64,000 nucleotides of DNA from the human T2T-CHM13v2.0 reference genome, Homo sapiens. The first letter of the stretch is position 1, and every line of letters begins with the position of its first letter. Positions 30,145 to 48,258 of the stretch are shown here, piece by piece. The stretch lies in the NCBI RefSeq assembly GCF_009914755.1, contig NC_060937.1; one strand, written 5' to 3'. The notes under the pieces were generated by a model. The model saw only the letters and a program-made list of their open reading frames with translations, made no database searches and was not told where the DNA came from. The position numbers were made by a program, and so were the translations under genes.

Positions 30145-30360
30145 CATGGGCTTTGGCATCAGATGAATGTGGTTCACCTTTGTTCTGACAAGTAGCAGCT
30201 GTGAGACTTGGGCAAGTTTTAATTAGACTCTTGCCCTAAGCCCCAGATTCTTCAGCGATGAAACAAGATAACTATATGGACACCTTCCAGAATTGCTGGG
30301 AAGTTTGCAGACAATATTTGTGATGCACACAGTCAATGTAAAAACTGCTCCTGTTACTAC
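30145..30360 (+). mobile_element. MIR
   Basis: catgggctttggcatcagat...tagcagctgtgagacttgggcaagttt...ccccagattcttcagc. Confidence 0.65.
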
Positions 30361-30484
30361 TAGACTATAAGCACACATCAAGCATTACTGACAACTAATA
30401 TTTACTGTAACGCTTCCCATTAAGGTTTGACTTAGGCTCCTTACTTTCATTATGTAACATAAACTTCAAAAAAGTGATTATGAT

Positions 30485-30585
30485 CTGTTATTTACCCTTG
30501 AGAAAATTGTGACTCAGAGAATTTACTACACATATTCATCTTCGTGTGGCTTGTAACGGGTCAAATTAGGATCACAGTTTAGCTT
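30485..30585 (-). mobile_element. MIR core fragment
   Basis: tttaccc ttgagaaaattgtgactcagagaattta...ggtcaaattaggatcaca. Confidence 0.45.
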
Positions 30586-31995
30586 TGTTTAAACACAAAG
30601 TTATATTCTTAATCTCTGCATTACTTAGAACTTAAACCCTGTAAAGAGGACCTGGTGTTTTCATTCACCACTGAATCATCAGCACCTAGATGGTGCGAAA
30701 ACAAACAAATAACTAAAACAACCATAGAAATTAAGCATTAATGACAGCAAGATGCATATATATATTAAATTAATAAATGCCAATAAGCTGTAGATTCCTT
30801 CATCATGTTTTCATCTGATATCATCAATTTTTTTGTTTCAAATACATATAAGAGGTTTTTTAGCTGCAGAAAAATTTCTATTTTCTCTGATTCAGCAAAA
30901 CCATATACAGTGGTTTAGAAAGAAGTACCCAAGAGGCAGCTAAAGAAAGCAGTACCTTAGCAAAACAAGGTTTATGTGCTTATCTCAGAAACAAGGCACA
31001 GATCTCACTTATAGTCTAAAAGACACACTTAAAAGCATTAGAGGGTAAAACCTCTCCACTGGAGCAATGTCCTACTACTAAATGACTTTCATCATTTCTC
31101 CTCGGAGATGGGAAACTTTTCAAAGTTTAAAATGCTAGTAATACTAACAAAGCAACGAAAAAGGCAGCAATAAATATGCTCAAGCGTAAATACATCTGAG
31201 AGAGAAGAAAATGTTCCAGGAAGAGGCTTAGGAATGCTCCCTGACAGAATCTCTTTCTTCTAATCTATGTTCACTCTTGCATGCTAAATACTGTGTTCAA
31301 TAAGGGACACAGGTTTGGACTCACTAATAGCCTTTCTTTGTTATTCTAAATTTATTCTATAACTCCGTAGCAGAGAAGAACCAATTGTGTGGTCTGGCCT
31401 TAGGCAGCATTCATCCCATCCTAGTCATGGGGGAGTCCTGAGGAGGGGGGTGTTGTTTTTTAATGTTGTTGCTGTAGCTGTAATTTCCATGTAGGTATAA
31501 AACTTAATTTAGAACATTTCAAGGCATCACATCTTAAACACTTCACTTCACTGAGGCATCTACAACATTCATAGGAAGATTGCTTTCAGTTTAACTCATT
31601 ATAAAATATTAGAAGCGATCTACAATTACCACTAATTTTTAACACGAAAACTTATTATGTTGAGCATTTAACATAAAGAACTGTAATCCATCAGTTTTGG
31701 TATTCTTGACATCCCTGATTATTTAAAATAAAACAAATTTTTATTTTTTTAGACACTGGGAAAAAAATCCCTCTGATGGCTCTCTTTACACCTTAAAACT
31801 ACATGTACTTTAATAATATAAGGCAACTTCATTTAAGTAGTCTATCATATTTCAGTATTTTAAACATTGTTAAAGAATATAAGTCAGGTTCACTAGAATG
31901 CAGTGGATTGTATGATTGAGACAAACAATTCTGATTTTAAACAAAATTCAAGTGAATATCCTCAATAGAAACAAAGTTTTATCAGCAGGGATCAC

Positions 31996-32231
<236 letters not shown>

Positions 32232-35200
32232 CAGCAGGGATCACTTTTGAAGGGCAGAGAAGCAGCAGGAACTTTGGTATGATTACTGAGGAATTGTCTC
32301 CATTCCCAATTTCCTTAACAGGGATGACAGAACTTAAATGTTAGTAAATGTAACATAAAATAACTACTTTTTCTCTGGATATACATTTTCATAAACAGGA
32401 GCTAAGTAAGCTAGAATCATGGATACACATGGATACATTTTGGCTTATATTCCTTAAAAAATTGGAAATGTTAAACATAATTACAGTCTTTGGTTTTAGT
32501 TTGTTTTACTTTCATTAAATAGTAGAACCTACTATAAACATTTGGATAGCTCCTTGTGAATGCCTAGTTGCTTTGAGTCTTGAACAACCAAATGCAAATG
32601 CACATATTTTTCTCTTCTTCCTATCCCACACTGCTTTACCCCACTCTCTCTTTTTGTCCTTTTCTTCTTCTGCCTTTTTTTTTTCAAATAATAATTATGG
32701 AAGTCACATACACGAAATCACTGAATAGGCTTAAGTTAAATGGCATTAGGTAGTAAACATTTTCCAGTTTCAAAATTACTATTTCTTTTTCACTTGATAA
32801 ATTTTAGCTTTTAAGATTTTTCTGGGGAGGAAAAAAAGTCTGTACTGACATATAAGGACAAAAATCTTCCTACTTCTAAGGCTATAGAAACATATTGAGG
32901 AGATTCTGTGAAGTAAAGCAGACAGTATAGAAATGCTTCCTATGTAAGGATTAGGTAATATAATGGAAAGAATACATACAAGAATAGAATGAAATGGCAG
33001 GGAGAAAGAGGAAGAGATTAAAATAAGGAGGACTATGTGTGGACTGGATTGGGTAGAGGCAGAGAGATTTAATGCTTGAATTCCATACAGACTTTGAGAA
33101 ATGAAAAAAAAAGGAGCCAGGTGGCCAAAAAGAATTTTATAAATATGAGAAAATAAATTCAGGGCATAAGATTTAAAATTTATGTCAATAGAAAAACATG
33201 TTTAACATTATGTTCCCTTACTGTGAATTCCATGGTCATTTAAACATGATTTCTGTATTTGCTGTATTTCAAATGCTAGATTTTGAAATACAGCAAATAT
33301 CATATTTACATATTTACTTTGGTTTGCACTAATTGTTGTCCTCCGCCTTTTTTCCCTATGAAAACACATTTTGCATTGCAAAGGTAGCAAACTCTATACC
33401 TCCAGGAATTCTCTTCCACAATTAGCCTCACCATGAATGCTATAAGGTGTGTGGTATTTTCTACATCTGAACATTATTACAAATTCTCCGACTTAATAAC
33501 ATCTCTTTATCCCTAGGTAGGTGTTCCCTTAATTTGTCACCAGCACCGAAACTAGATTTCTCCAACATACTCATCCCCAAAATTGAAAGCCACTGGATTA
33601 AGAAAACCAGTTATTGTAATACCATTCAAGTTTAGACATAGGCTCATGGGTAATCTATATATTCAAGATCACCTCATTTTTATTGCTGAATCATGAATTT
33701 GAGATGGGAAGCAGGACATGTTTGAGACATCTGTGCTCCCATCTATGGCATTCAACAACATCAGTACCTAATACGTTAGCTAGTCCTGCTGGTCTAAGTA
33801 CAACCTTCCCTGCCCCAAATCCCTAGTAGACAGATATGCCTACTCCACATTCTGAAAAGTTAAACCTGGCAATCCTATTTTAAGGTTCCCAGTAGTCACC
33901 TAACAGCAGTGAGAAGCAGCAGCAGGAAAGAATGAGCTTTGTCTGCCTTTCCCCTCTCCTGAGCAGATGGTTGGCTAAAACTCACTTCACACGGGAAATC
34001 AATTTTAGATTTTTAACTTGGATATAAAGTAACAAATATAACAGCCAAGTATGAGAAAAATAGCCTTTGTGTTTATTTTTATCTGTTATTGTAATAATGG
34101 AAAGATGAAAAATAGAAGTGTATTTCTGAAGTCTTTATTCTTCCTTTTTTTAAAAAAAAAAAAGCTCAATGGAAATTTTTAAAATGACATCTTGAGGAGG
34201 GCTTCAATGGAGAAATGTGATTCTCTATATAAGGATTAGTACCCTAGCATTGTTTTACAGTGATCAAACCTATAACATGTTCTTCAATTTGGAAATGGTT
34301 GAGAACAGCAAATTATATTCATATACAACTAATGAACAATTAGATGTAATCCCACAAGTAATGCTGAACATTCCTGAGTGGCCACAGGAAACTACAACTT
34401 ATGCCAATGTCACTTTCTGATTAATTTGAATAGTTATCATTATGGACATTTTTAGGGCCAGATGTTACTGTTCAAAATGAATGATTTCTCATGTTCCAGA
34501 AAGTGGAAGACCAGACATTTGGAAATGCTCCAGCCATTGCAGTCTTACCTAAATCTCTTGCTGAGCAGGTTAGCTCCTGCAGGACAGAAATGTTGCTGAG
34601 TGTAAGGATGCTATGAGGAAAGTGAGAAGCTGAATATCGCTCACTGAATTAGGAAACTTTGGAAGAGATTATGACTTAGAATCATTTCATTCTTTTTGTC
34701 CTACAAGTTTAATGTTGTCAGCTACCATAGTAGAAAATAAAATGCCGATTTTTTTTCCACCTAAGGAAGATAAAATATTTTTAGTTATTTTTCTTCCTAT
34801 ATCTCTGTTACCAAAAAATCTGGAAAACTTCTAAGAAATGTATCAATAATGAAATGTTTTGAAATTGATATTTTCCAAAAAAACAACAAATAAAACCTAA
34901 GTGCTGACAGAATTCTCTAAGCAAATTCAACACTTGCTTCTGTTATTCCTCATAATGGTAACAGGTGAATTTTCAAAGAAGCAATTTCATCTGTATTATA
35001 TTTCACTTCATATTACCTTTTGATTTTGCTCCTAAGTTTATGAAATTTACTCATATCGCAGGAAAATAATATTTTGTACTTCTCAGTGACTCCACATTTC
35101 CACATAATGGCTGGCATCCCATATTATTGGAGTCTTTCTCTAAATTGGATGCATTGGATAATCACTTCTTTACGCAGTGGCTTAAAATATTTTTGAATTT

Positions 35201-35272
35201 TTAACTTTGCCTTAAATGTTATAGAAAATTTTCTGTAATGCAGACTATTGTAATTTTGAAGATTTTGAAGAG

Positions 35273-35528
<256 letters not shown>

Positions 35529-35570
35529 TTAAGAATTGTAATTTTGAAGATGTTTAAATTTGATCACTGA

Positions 35571-35642
35571 AGATAGACAGATATATAGATGATGGATAGA
35601 TAGATAGATAGATAGATAGATAGACAGATGGATAGATAGATA
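35571..35642. repeat. (GATA)n tetranucleotide STR
   Basis: agatagacag...gatagatagatagatagatagatagatagacagatggatagatagat. Confidence 0.95.
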
Positions 35643-36093
35643 CCCTAAAATAAATACCTTGGAGGCAGTAAGACAAATTTGATATGTTGCATATAAAAAT
35701 GGATTTATATTGTAAAATGTTTACAACTTTTACTATGTAAAGTCAACCTCACCTGAAGGTTTATATGTCAATGTTGATCTAGACAGCTACTTATGAATGT
35801 ACCAAAGAATATCAAAATCCAACATTATTCACTAGAATGGGGGGCTGCTCCCATAGAAATGGAGATAGCATTCTGCAAACTGTTTTCAAGCCACTCAAAA
35901 CTATTTTCAAGTAACTGTTCCTTTAGAAACCACAAACAAATTCTAATGATCTACATTGGGAACATAAGAACATATATCAACTAATTACCTGCTGTTGACC
36001 TTTTCATGGGAGAAGACACATATAAAACTGTCAAACCTAGCTTGAAAGCAGATATTAATGTTTGGGACTTCATAAAACTCTGAGTTTTGAATA

Positions 36094-36318
<225 letters not shown>

Positions 36319-37353
36319 AAAACTCAGAGTTGCACTACATTAAGAGAAACATGTCTGATAGGCCCTTTCCTTAGCAGAAATGTAAGCCGGGCAAGGACAG
36401 ACGGATTTTTCTAGAACACATCATTCTTTGGAAAGAGGATTTTGTTATTTCTATTGCTACTCCACTTATCATAGTATATTTGCAGCCACTTTTTATTTAT
36501 GTATACATTCTATAGTAGATTATTTAATTTCAAACACTTTTTTCCCCTCAGTGGTAATAGATAATTGGTATTCTGAATATAAGATACAGTCAGATAATTG
36601 AACAATGCTATTAAGTAACATTCTTTTTTCCTCAGGCTAACAGTCTGTCCATACCAATGCTAGTGTCCAAAAACTTGTATTTACCTTTAGTCGCTTGTAT
36701 TTATTTTAGTTGCTTTCTTTGGCCCCTTCTCAATTTTTGTCCTTCTGCTAATTGAGTAAAAGTAATCTGGCATGACTGAGTGGACCGGAGGCTGAATGTG
36801 GAAAATTGCCCTAGATACTGAAAATGTTTTTCAGGGAAAGTTAAAGGCACTGATTGTGCTAAACAAGCACACACAGGGAATATGTTCATTATTTGCCGCT
36901 CCTATATATGAATAGATATTTTCAGTGGGGTCTGTAGAGATTTGGATTAACAAGCCTTGTTACTGTTAACAAGCATTGTATACCTAATTCCAAGTACATT
37001 GTTCTGCTCGTTGACACCTACACGTTTGACTTAAACTGTCAAAGGCAAGGAATCTTACCAGGAAAAAAATGCAAGTGCTTCTAATTCATTCCCTCTCTTT
37101 CCATAACTTGTCATGTTTCCATATGTCCATTGTATTTATAAACTACAGGATACAGTTTCTTGATTTTTAAATACTTAAGTTGTTCCTAAAGAAACTATAA
37201 AATAAACTCATTGTAATTTTAATAGCTTTATAATTAAGACATGTATTTTTCTATGAATCTCCCTATACCCACATGGCACAAATTTAATATATAAGCAACT
37301 GTAAAGATACAGATATTTATTTTAGATTAAATTGTCTAAGAATCCTCAAACTT

Positions 37354-37676
37354 GGCCTGGCGTGGTGGCTCACACCTGTAATTCCAGCACTTTAGGAGGC
37401 CGAGGCAGGCAAATCATGAGGTCAGGAGATCGAGACCATCCTGGCTAACACGGTGAAACCCCGTCTCTACCAAAAACACAAAAAATTAGCCGGGCATGGT
37501 GGTGGGCGCCTGTAGTCCCAGCTACTCAGGAGGCTGAGGTGGGAGAATGGGGTGAACCTGGGAGGCGGAGCTTGCAGTGAGCCAAGATGAAGCCACTGCA
37601 CTCCACCCTGGGCAACAGAGCGAGACTCCGTCTTAAAAAAATAAATAAAATAAAATAAAATAAAATATTAAAAAAA
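37354..37676 (+). mobile_element. AluY
   Basis: gagatcgagaccatcctggctaacacggtgaaaccccg, ggcgcctgtagtccc, ggagcttgcagtgag; (TAAAA)n tail; TSD core cctcaaactt on both sides. Confidence 0.93.
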
Positions 37677-40600
37677 GGACCCTCAAACTTTTTACTATTT
37701 TTTGTTTGAAAATATATGTTTGGATTGAGCTATAATAAATTGAAGAGAAAACAATAAATATTTGTATGGCTAAACTATGCATCTGTGACTTAGGAAAGAC
37801 CAGCAAAAAATGTATGGCCTCTAAGCACTATGGCCAAAGCAGCTCCTGAAGCAGCTTCACATGCTCAGTTTCAGATTTTAAACTGGTTCCTTTGGTAGGT
37901 TATCTTCAAATGTGGTTCTTTTTCTTCCTTATGTAAAATTCTTATCTAGACAATGAATAGAAAAGGGGCTTTTTTTTCATTGAAATACCTGGAAACTCAA
38001 AGAAAAAATATATTTATATCTTAAATGATTAAAAAGAAGACTACACTGGAAAAAAAATCAAAGACTAGACATGTATTTTATGTAGTTCATTTATTTTCAT
38101 CTCTCTCCTAACACTTTAAATTTCACTCTGCAATTTGGAACAGATTTGATCAACTTGCTTTCATGTGTCAGTGTTTTTCAACTGCAATGAAAATAAACAA
38201 ATGGGTTTGGTTTTCTACAAAATTGTGGAGATGCTGACTTAACTACAAAAGTTATTTACTTTGGCATATGTCACTTTGTAGAGCTTTTATAGAATAAAGT
38301 AGTGTCTGGTGATCCAAAGTTTACATAAAATTCTCTTGTCTGCTTCAGGTTCCTCACATTAATAAACTCCCTTTTGGATAGGAAAGAGTATGCTCTGCAA
38401 CTGCTCCCTTTCATTTTAGAAAGCTTAGGAAGTATGGATTGCTTTACGATGGATCCTAAGGTAGACCTTCTTATTTTAACTTTATGGAAACATAAACATG
38501 TTTGCTTTGTGCAGTTGACCTCTGTATGCCTATAAAAATAGCTAATGAAGTCCAGGAGTTAAAGAATTTTAAAGGCTTATAGTTTTTGCAGGATGCTACT
38601 AAATACTGCTGAAAATGCGGAACATATGTTATTTCTGAGAGATAAGACTTGCTCATGTGATTAAATTGCTGGTATAATTCTTCTCACAATAATTTGTTGT
38701 CAGCTTTGAAAGTATAATATTTCAACGTGAAAACTATTATGTCATACTTTTTATTTTGCCCCCCAGAAAATAAACAGATTTGAATTTTAAGAATAAAAAT
38801 GTTACGGATGCATGAACAAAGCCAAATGGATATCTGTTTTCCTGTATAAATAAACTTACAAAAATAAGACAAAAAGAAACATCTGAAAGCATAAAAATAA
38901 TGTACTGTTAAAATAACTACCATTGCTCAGAGGAAGATATTCATAACTTCTTAGCTATAGATATGGTGTTAAGGATCAAAACTTTGATTCTGAAAATGTA
39001 CATGAGGGAAATTGATGAGATTAGATAGAGACCAGTATAATACTGAGGTGAAATTTTGTAAATAGGCAAGATGAATACATTTTAGATATTAATTTTAAAA
39101 ACTAGCATTCTGATTAAAGCTAATCTTAAATATTAAACCAAACTCAGTTACCTCCAATATTTTCCTCACCTTCCATCCCTCACCTTTCTAATCAAATTAG
39201 TATACTTTTGTTATTCAAAAGAAAATAGCCGTGCTATGAACTAAAAGCCCAGGAGAGTGTTTATAATGAAAACAGTATTTGCCAAAATGTTTTCCCCAAA
39301 ATCCATCTGTTCCTGAAAACATTTCAGATTTATTAACCACAGACTCTGCATTGCCACACTTGTGTCTATATCATCATAAATGCCATCTCTTCATGGGTAG
39401 AATCCATTGTGTGTCAATTCCCACAGCACACAAATAAATAGTACTATAATGTGGCTAGGTAGTATCCAAACAATGTATAACAACGATCAGACTGTTTTGC
39501 TACACAATGTTCTACCCTTTGCTAAAGAGTGTCGTCTTACATTCCCTTATCCTTCTCTGTCTTCCTTGGAAACTGCTTTCTACTTCTTTACTTCTTTCAA
39601 CCTGCACTCAACAGAAATAATGAAAGATATTTATCTCAAAGGCAGATAGGTAAGAATGTCAAGAAAACAAAATAGAGACATGTAAAATAAGAGAAAAAAA
39701 ACATAGGAAAAACTAAGATTAGTGAAAGAAACATTATTACTTTACCTAATGCATCTAAAAGACAAAAAGTGTAAAACTGGCATAAATATGATTGTTATAT
39801 TAATGTACTAGGAGGTTGCAAAGTAATTCATAAGCAGTCACATAATACTTCCCTTTTTAAAAATAAAAAAAAGGTAGAAAAGACATAGTGTCTTAACCCA
39901 TCAAAATTTTCCTGATTATTGTCACAAATTTTTTATTGGTTTCCCTTGTAATCTTAGACTACTGCAAAACATTAACAGATGTGAAGCCAGAGGAATGCCT
40001 CATTATTAAATCCTAAGTGTTGCTTCAGTGAAGTCCAAACTGTTTTTGTAGATTTTGCCATTTTGCGGGGATGGGTAGAGGAGAAGGGAATATGTTTTGT
40101 TTGTTTTTTTCTGGGCATTCTGAATAAAGCATGACCTGAGTATTCTGAAACCATCTTCTCCTTCAATGATAGCAATCAAAGTCCAAAGGAGATAACGTCT
40201 GGAGATTTTTAATTCATGTGCCCCAGGAATATAGTGTATATCATTAGCCCACGGAAGGAAGCTTACAGAAAAAAAAAAAAGGAAAAGAAAAAATAACCTT
40301 AAGAAAACACCAAAATTCCTACATAATCTGCTTCAGATCATATCTAGGACCCCAACAGCCGACCATATGGGCAGTAGACTTCAAGATGTAATATTACGCC
40401 CAATGTCTTCCAGAAATCTAATTTAATACTTTTATAAATGTCTAAAATGAGAGTGATTAATGCCCTAAGATAGGATGTTATTTTCAGAAGTCAGTTAGCT
40501 ATAATGCATGTTGCTCTGAATCTATATTAGTTTGCCCAATTTGACAAGCAAGGCTTTGCAGCAGGGAGTTTTATCATGGGGTATGCTTAGTGTAGGTCAG

Positions 40601-40980
40601 ATATGCAGGAGGTCCAACAGCGACTTGACCTGGAGGTGGAGGCAAAATGCACTAACAAAGTTGCAGGGTTCACACGTAGAATTTTATCTGTAGCAACAAA
40701 ATTGGTAGTCTGGCTTCTAGTCTGCATTGGTCAGAGACTGAAGAGATTACCATGCTAAGCTCTGAATGCCAAAGAGAGAATTTGTTAGAAGAAGTTATTA
40801 GGAGACACATCCTGAGAAAACGTCTTGAATGATATAAGAGCTTAGATCAGCAGCAGAAGGAGATGTGCATCCCAAGGAATAAAAATGTTATCAAATATTT
40901 TAACTGTTATAATGTTATGAAGTATTGGACTATTTCTGTATAATCCTGAGTAGGACAAGTGGGTGACGATGATAAATGAA

Positions 40981-43295
<2,315 letters not shown>

Positions 43296-43309
43296 GGAGG
43301 ATTCCCACG

Positions 43310-43320
43310 CAAGATGGCGG
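43310..43320 (+). promoter_or_regulatory. YY1 motif at the start of the L1 internal promoter
   Basis: caagatggcgg at the known YY1 position of primate L1 5'UTRs; activity unknown and the UTR is CpG-decayed. Confidence 0.6.
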
Positions 43321-44667
43321 AATAGGAACATCTTCAGCCTGCAGCTCCCAGCGAGACAAACCCAGAAGGTGGGTGATTTCTGCATTTCCAACTGAGGTAC
43401 CCAGTTCATCTCACTAGGACTGATTAGACAGTGGGTGCAGCCCATGGAGGGCAAGCAGAAGCAGAGTGGGGCGTTGCCTCACCCCAGAAACACATGGGTA
43501 GGGGAATTCCCTCCACTAGTTGAGGGAAGCCATGAGGGACTGTGTGCCGAGGAACGGTGCATTCCAGCCAAGATGCTATGCTTTTCCCATGGTTTTTGCA
43601 ACCCATAGACCAGGAGATTCCCTCCGGTGCCTACATCACCAGGGCCCTGGGTTTCAAGCACAAAACTGGGCAGCCATTTGGGCAGACACTGAGCTAGCTA
43701 GCTGCAGGAGTTTTTTTTTTTTTTTTTTCCCCCAGTGGCACTGTAACACCAGCGAAACAGAACTGTTCACTACCCTGGAAAGGGGGCTGAAGCCAGGGAG
43801 CCCTGGAGCCAAGTGGTCTGGCTCAGCAGATCCCACCCCCTATGGAACCTAGCAAGCTAAGATCCACTGGCTTGAAATTCTCGCTGCCAGCACAGCAGTC
43901 TGAAGTCTATCTGGGATGCTCCAGCTTGGTGGGGGGAGGGGCATCCGCCATTACTGAGGCTTGAGTAGGTGCTTTTCCCCTCAAAGTGGAAACAAAGCCA
44001 CAGGGAAATTTGGACTGTGCAGAGCCCACCACGGTGCCACAAAGCCACTGTAAGCAGACTGCCTCTCTAGATTCCTCCTCTCTGGCCAGGGCATCTCTGA
44101 AAGAAAGGCAGCAGCCCCAGTCAGGGGCTTACAGATAAAACTCCCATCTCCCTGGGACAGAGCACCGAGGGTACAGGCAGCTGTGGGTGCAGCTTCATCA
44201 GACTTAAACGTTCCTGCCTGCCAGCTCTGAAGAGAGCAGCAGATCTCCCAACACAGCACTCGAGCTCTGCTAAGGGACAGACTGCCTCCTCAAGTGGGTC
44301 GCTGACCCCTGTGCCTCATGATGGGGAGACACCTCCCAGCAGGGGTCAACAGACACCTCATACAGGAGAGCTCCAGCTGGCATCTGGTGGGTGGCCCTCT
44401 GTGATGAAGCTTGATGAAGCTTCCAGAGGAAGGAGCAGGCAGCAATCTTTGCTGTTCTGCAGCCTCTGCTGGTGATACCCAGGCAAACAAGGCATGGAGT
44501 GGACCCCCAGCTAACTCCAGCAGACCTGCATAAGAGAGGCCTGACTGTTAGAAGGAAAACTAACAAACAGAAAGCAATAGCATCAATATCAACAAAAAGG
44601 ATGATGAGGCAAACCTCCATCCGAAGGTCACCAACAGCAAAGACCAAAAGTAGATAAATCCATGAAG

Positions 44668-45669
44668 ATGAGGAAAAACCAGCACAAAAAGCTGAAAATT
44701 CCAAAAACCAGAATACCTCCTCTCCTCCAAAGGATCACAACTCCTCACCAGCAAGGGAGTAAAACTGGATGGAGAATGAGTTTGACTAATTGACAGAAGT
44801 AGGCTTCTGAAGGTGGGTAATTACAAACTCCTCTGAGCTAAAGGAGCATGTGCTAACCCAATGCAAGGAAGCTAAGAACCTTGATAAAAGATTAGAGGAA
44901 TTGCTAACCAGAATAACCAGTATAGACAAGAACATAAATGACCTGATGGTGCTGCACAGCCTGAGAACTTCATGAAGCATACACAAGTATCAATGGCCAA
45001 ATCTATCAAGCAGAAGAAAGAATATCAGAGACTGAAGATTAACTTAATGAAATAAAGTGTGAAGACAAGATTAGAGAAAAAAAAAAGGAAAGCAATGAAC
45101 AAAGCCTCCAAGAAATATGGTACTATGTGAAAAGACCAAACCTATGTTTGATTGGTATACCTGAAAGTAATGGGGAGAATGGAACCAAGTTGGAAAACAC
45201 ACTTCAGGATATTCAGGAGAACTTCCCCGACCTAGCAAGACAGGCCAACATTGAAATTCAGGAAATACAGAGAACATCACAAAGATACTTCTCGAGAAGA
45301 GCAACCGCAAGACACATAATTGTCAGATTAACCAAGGTTGATATGAAGGAAAAAATGTTAAGGGCAGCTAGGGAAAAAGGTCTGGTTACCCACAAAGGGA
45401 AGCCCATCAGACTAACAGAAGCCCTACAAGCCAGAAGAGAGTGGAGGCCAATATTCAACATTCTTGAAAACAAGAATCTTCAACACAGAATTTCATACCC
45501 AGCCAAACTAAGATTCATAAGTGAAGGAGAAATAAAATCTTTTACAGACAAGCAAATGCTGAGGAATTTTGTTACCACCAGGCTTGCCTTACAAGAGCTC
45601 CTGAAGAAAGCACTAAATATGGAAAGGAAAAACCGGTACCAGCCACTGCAAAAACAAAATAAAATGTAA
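44668..45669 (+). pseudogene. L1 ORF1p remnant (stops and frameshifts in the N-terminal half)
   Basis: atgaggaaaaaccagcac start; KRPNLCLIGIPE...ENFPDLARQANIEIQEIQRT...RISYPAKLRFISEGEIKSFTDKQMLRNFVTTR. Confidence 0.93.
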
Positions 45670-45731
45670 AGACCATTGACACTATGAAGAAACTGCACCA
45701 ACTGGGGGGAAAATAACCAGCTAGCATCATA

Positions 45732-48258
45732 ACGACAGGATCAAATTCACACACAACATTAAACTGAAATGATAACAGGCTAAATGCCCCAATTAAAAGG
45801 CACAGACTGGCAAATTGGATAAAGAGTCAAGACCCATCGGTGTGCTGTATTCAGGAGACCCATCTCATGTGCAAAGACACACATAGGCTCAAAATAAAGG
45901 CATGGAGGAAGATTTACCAAGAAAATGGAAAGCAAATAAAAAGAGCAGGGGTTGCAATCCTAGTGTCTGATAAAAGAGACTTTAAACCAACAACGGTCAA
46001 AAGAGGCAAAGAAGGCCATTACATAATGGTAAAGGGATCAATGCAACAAGAACTAACTATCCTAATTATATATGTACCCAATACAGGAGCACCCAGATTC
46101 ATAAAGCAAGTTCTTAGAGACTTACAAAGAGACTTAGACTCCCATGGAATAATAATGGGAGACTTTAACACCCCACTGTCAATATTAAACAGACCAATAA
46201 GACAGAAAATTAACAAGGATATTCGGGACTTCAATTCAGCTCTGGACCAAACAGATCTAATAGACATCTATAGAACTCTCTGCCCCAAATCAACAGAATA
46301 TACATTCTTTTCAGCACCACATAGCACTTACTCTACAATCGACCACATAATTGGAAGTAAAACACTCCTCAGCAAATGCAAAAGAACAGAAATCATAACA
46401 GTCTCTCAGACCACAGTGCAATCAAATTGGAACTCAGGATTAAGAAACTCATTAAAAACTGCACAACTACATGGAAACTGAACAACCTACTCCTGAATGA
46501 CTGCTGGGTAAATAACAAAATTAATGCAGAAATAATTAAGTTCTTTGAAACCAATGAGAACAAAGACACAATGTTCCAGAATCTCTGGCACACAGCTAAA
46601 GCAGTGTTCAGAGGGAAATTTATGGCACTAAATGCCCACAGGAGAAAGTGGGAAAGATCTAAAATCAACACCCTAACATCACAACTAAAAGAACTAGAGA
46701 AGCAAGAGCAAATAAATTCAAAAGGTAGCAGAAGACAAGAAATAACTAAGATCAGAGCAGAACTGAAGGAAACAGAGACACGAAAAACCCTTAAAAAAAT
46801 ATCAATGAATCCAGGAGCTGGTTTTTTGAAAAAGATTAACAAAATAGATAGACTGCTAGCCAGACTAATAAAGAAGAAAAGAGAGAAGATCAAGAAGACA
46901 CAATAAAACATAATAAAGGGGAGATCACCACTGATCCCTAGCAATACAAACTACCATCAAAAAATACTGTAAACACCTCTACACAAAATAAACTAGAAAA
47001 TCTAGAAGAAATGGATGAATGCCTGGACACATACACCCTCCCAAGAATAAACCAGGAAGAAGTCAAATCCCTGAATAGACCAATAACAAGTTCTGAAATT
47101 GAGGCAGGAATTAACAGCCTACCAACCAAAAAAAGCCCAGAACCAGATGAATTCACAGCCAAATTCTACCAAAGAATTTCTAACAAAGGTACAAAGAGGA
47201 GCTGGGACCATTCCTTCTGAAACTATTCCAAACAATAGAAAAAGGGGGACTCCTCCCTAACTCATTTTATGAGGCCAGCATCATACTGATACCAAAACCT
47301 GGCAGAGACACAGCAAAAAAAAAAAAAAGAAAATTTCAGGCTAATATCCCTGATGAACAACATTGCGAAAATCCTCAATAAAATACTGGCAAACCGAATC
47401 CAGCAGCATATTAAAAAGCTTATCCACCACAATCAAGTCAGCTTCATCCCTGGGATGCAAGGCTGGTTAACATATGCAAATCAATAAACATAATCCATCA
47501 CATAAACAGAACCAATGACAAAAGCCACATGATTATCCCAAAAGATGTAGAAAAGGCCATTGATAAAATTCAACAGCCCTTCATGCTAAAAACACTCAAT
47601 AAACTAGGTATTGAGGGAACATATCTCAAAACAATAAGAGCTGTTTATGACAAACCCACAGCCAATATCATACTGAATGGGCAAAAGCTGGAAGCATTCC
47701 CTTTGAAAACCAGCACAAGACATGTATTCCCTCTCTCACCACTCCTATTCAACATAGCATTGGAAGTTCTGGCCAGGGCAATCAGGCAAGAGAAAGAAAT
47801 AAAGGGTATTCAGATATGAAGAGAGGAAGTCAAATTGTCTGTTTGCAGATGATATGATTGTATATTTAGAAAACCCCGTCATCTTAGCCCCAAATCTCCT
47901 TAAGCTGATAAGCAACTTCAGCAAAGTCTCAGGATACAAAATAGATGTGCAAAAATCACAAGCATTCGTATACACCAATAATAGACAAACAGAGAGCCAA
48001 ATCATGAGCCAACTCCCATTCACAATTGCTACAAAGGGAATAAAATATCTAGGAATACAACTTACAAGGGATGTGAAGGGCCTCCTCAATGAAAACTACA
48101 AACCACTGCTCAAGGAAATAAGAGAGGACACAAACAAATGGAAAAACATTCCATGCTCATGGGTAGGAAGAATCAGTATTGTGAAAATGGCCATACTGCC
48201 CAGAGTAATTTATAGATTCAATGCTATTCTCATCAAGCTACCATTGACTTTCTTCACA
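45732..48258 (+). pseudogene. L1 ORF2p remnant (endonuclease plus reverse transcriptase), fragmented
   Basis: start codon mutated (acgacaggatcaaattcacac); [35 protein letters not shown], tttgcagatgatatg (FADDM), IKYLGIQL spread over several frames. Confidence 0.95.

Larger units (their letters stand above)
43296..48258 (+). mobile_element. L1PA7/8-like element from the 5' end through RT, ending at ...gactttcttcaca
   Basis: 5'UTR start ggaggatt...caagatggcggaataggaaca...gatttctgcatttccaactgaggtac, followed by ORF1 and ORF2 remnants. Confidence 0.95.
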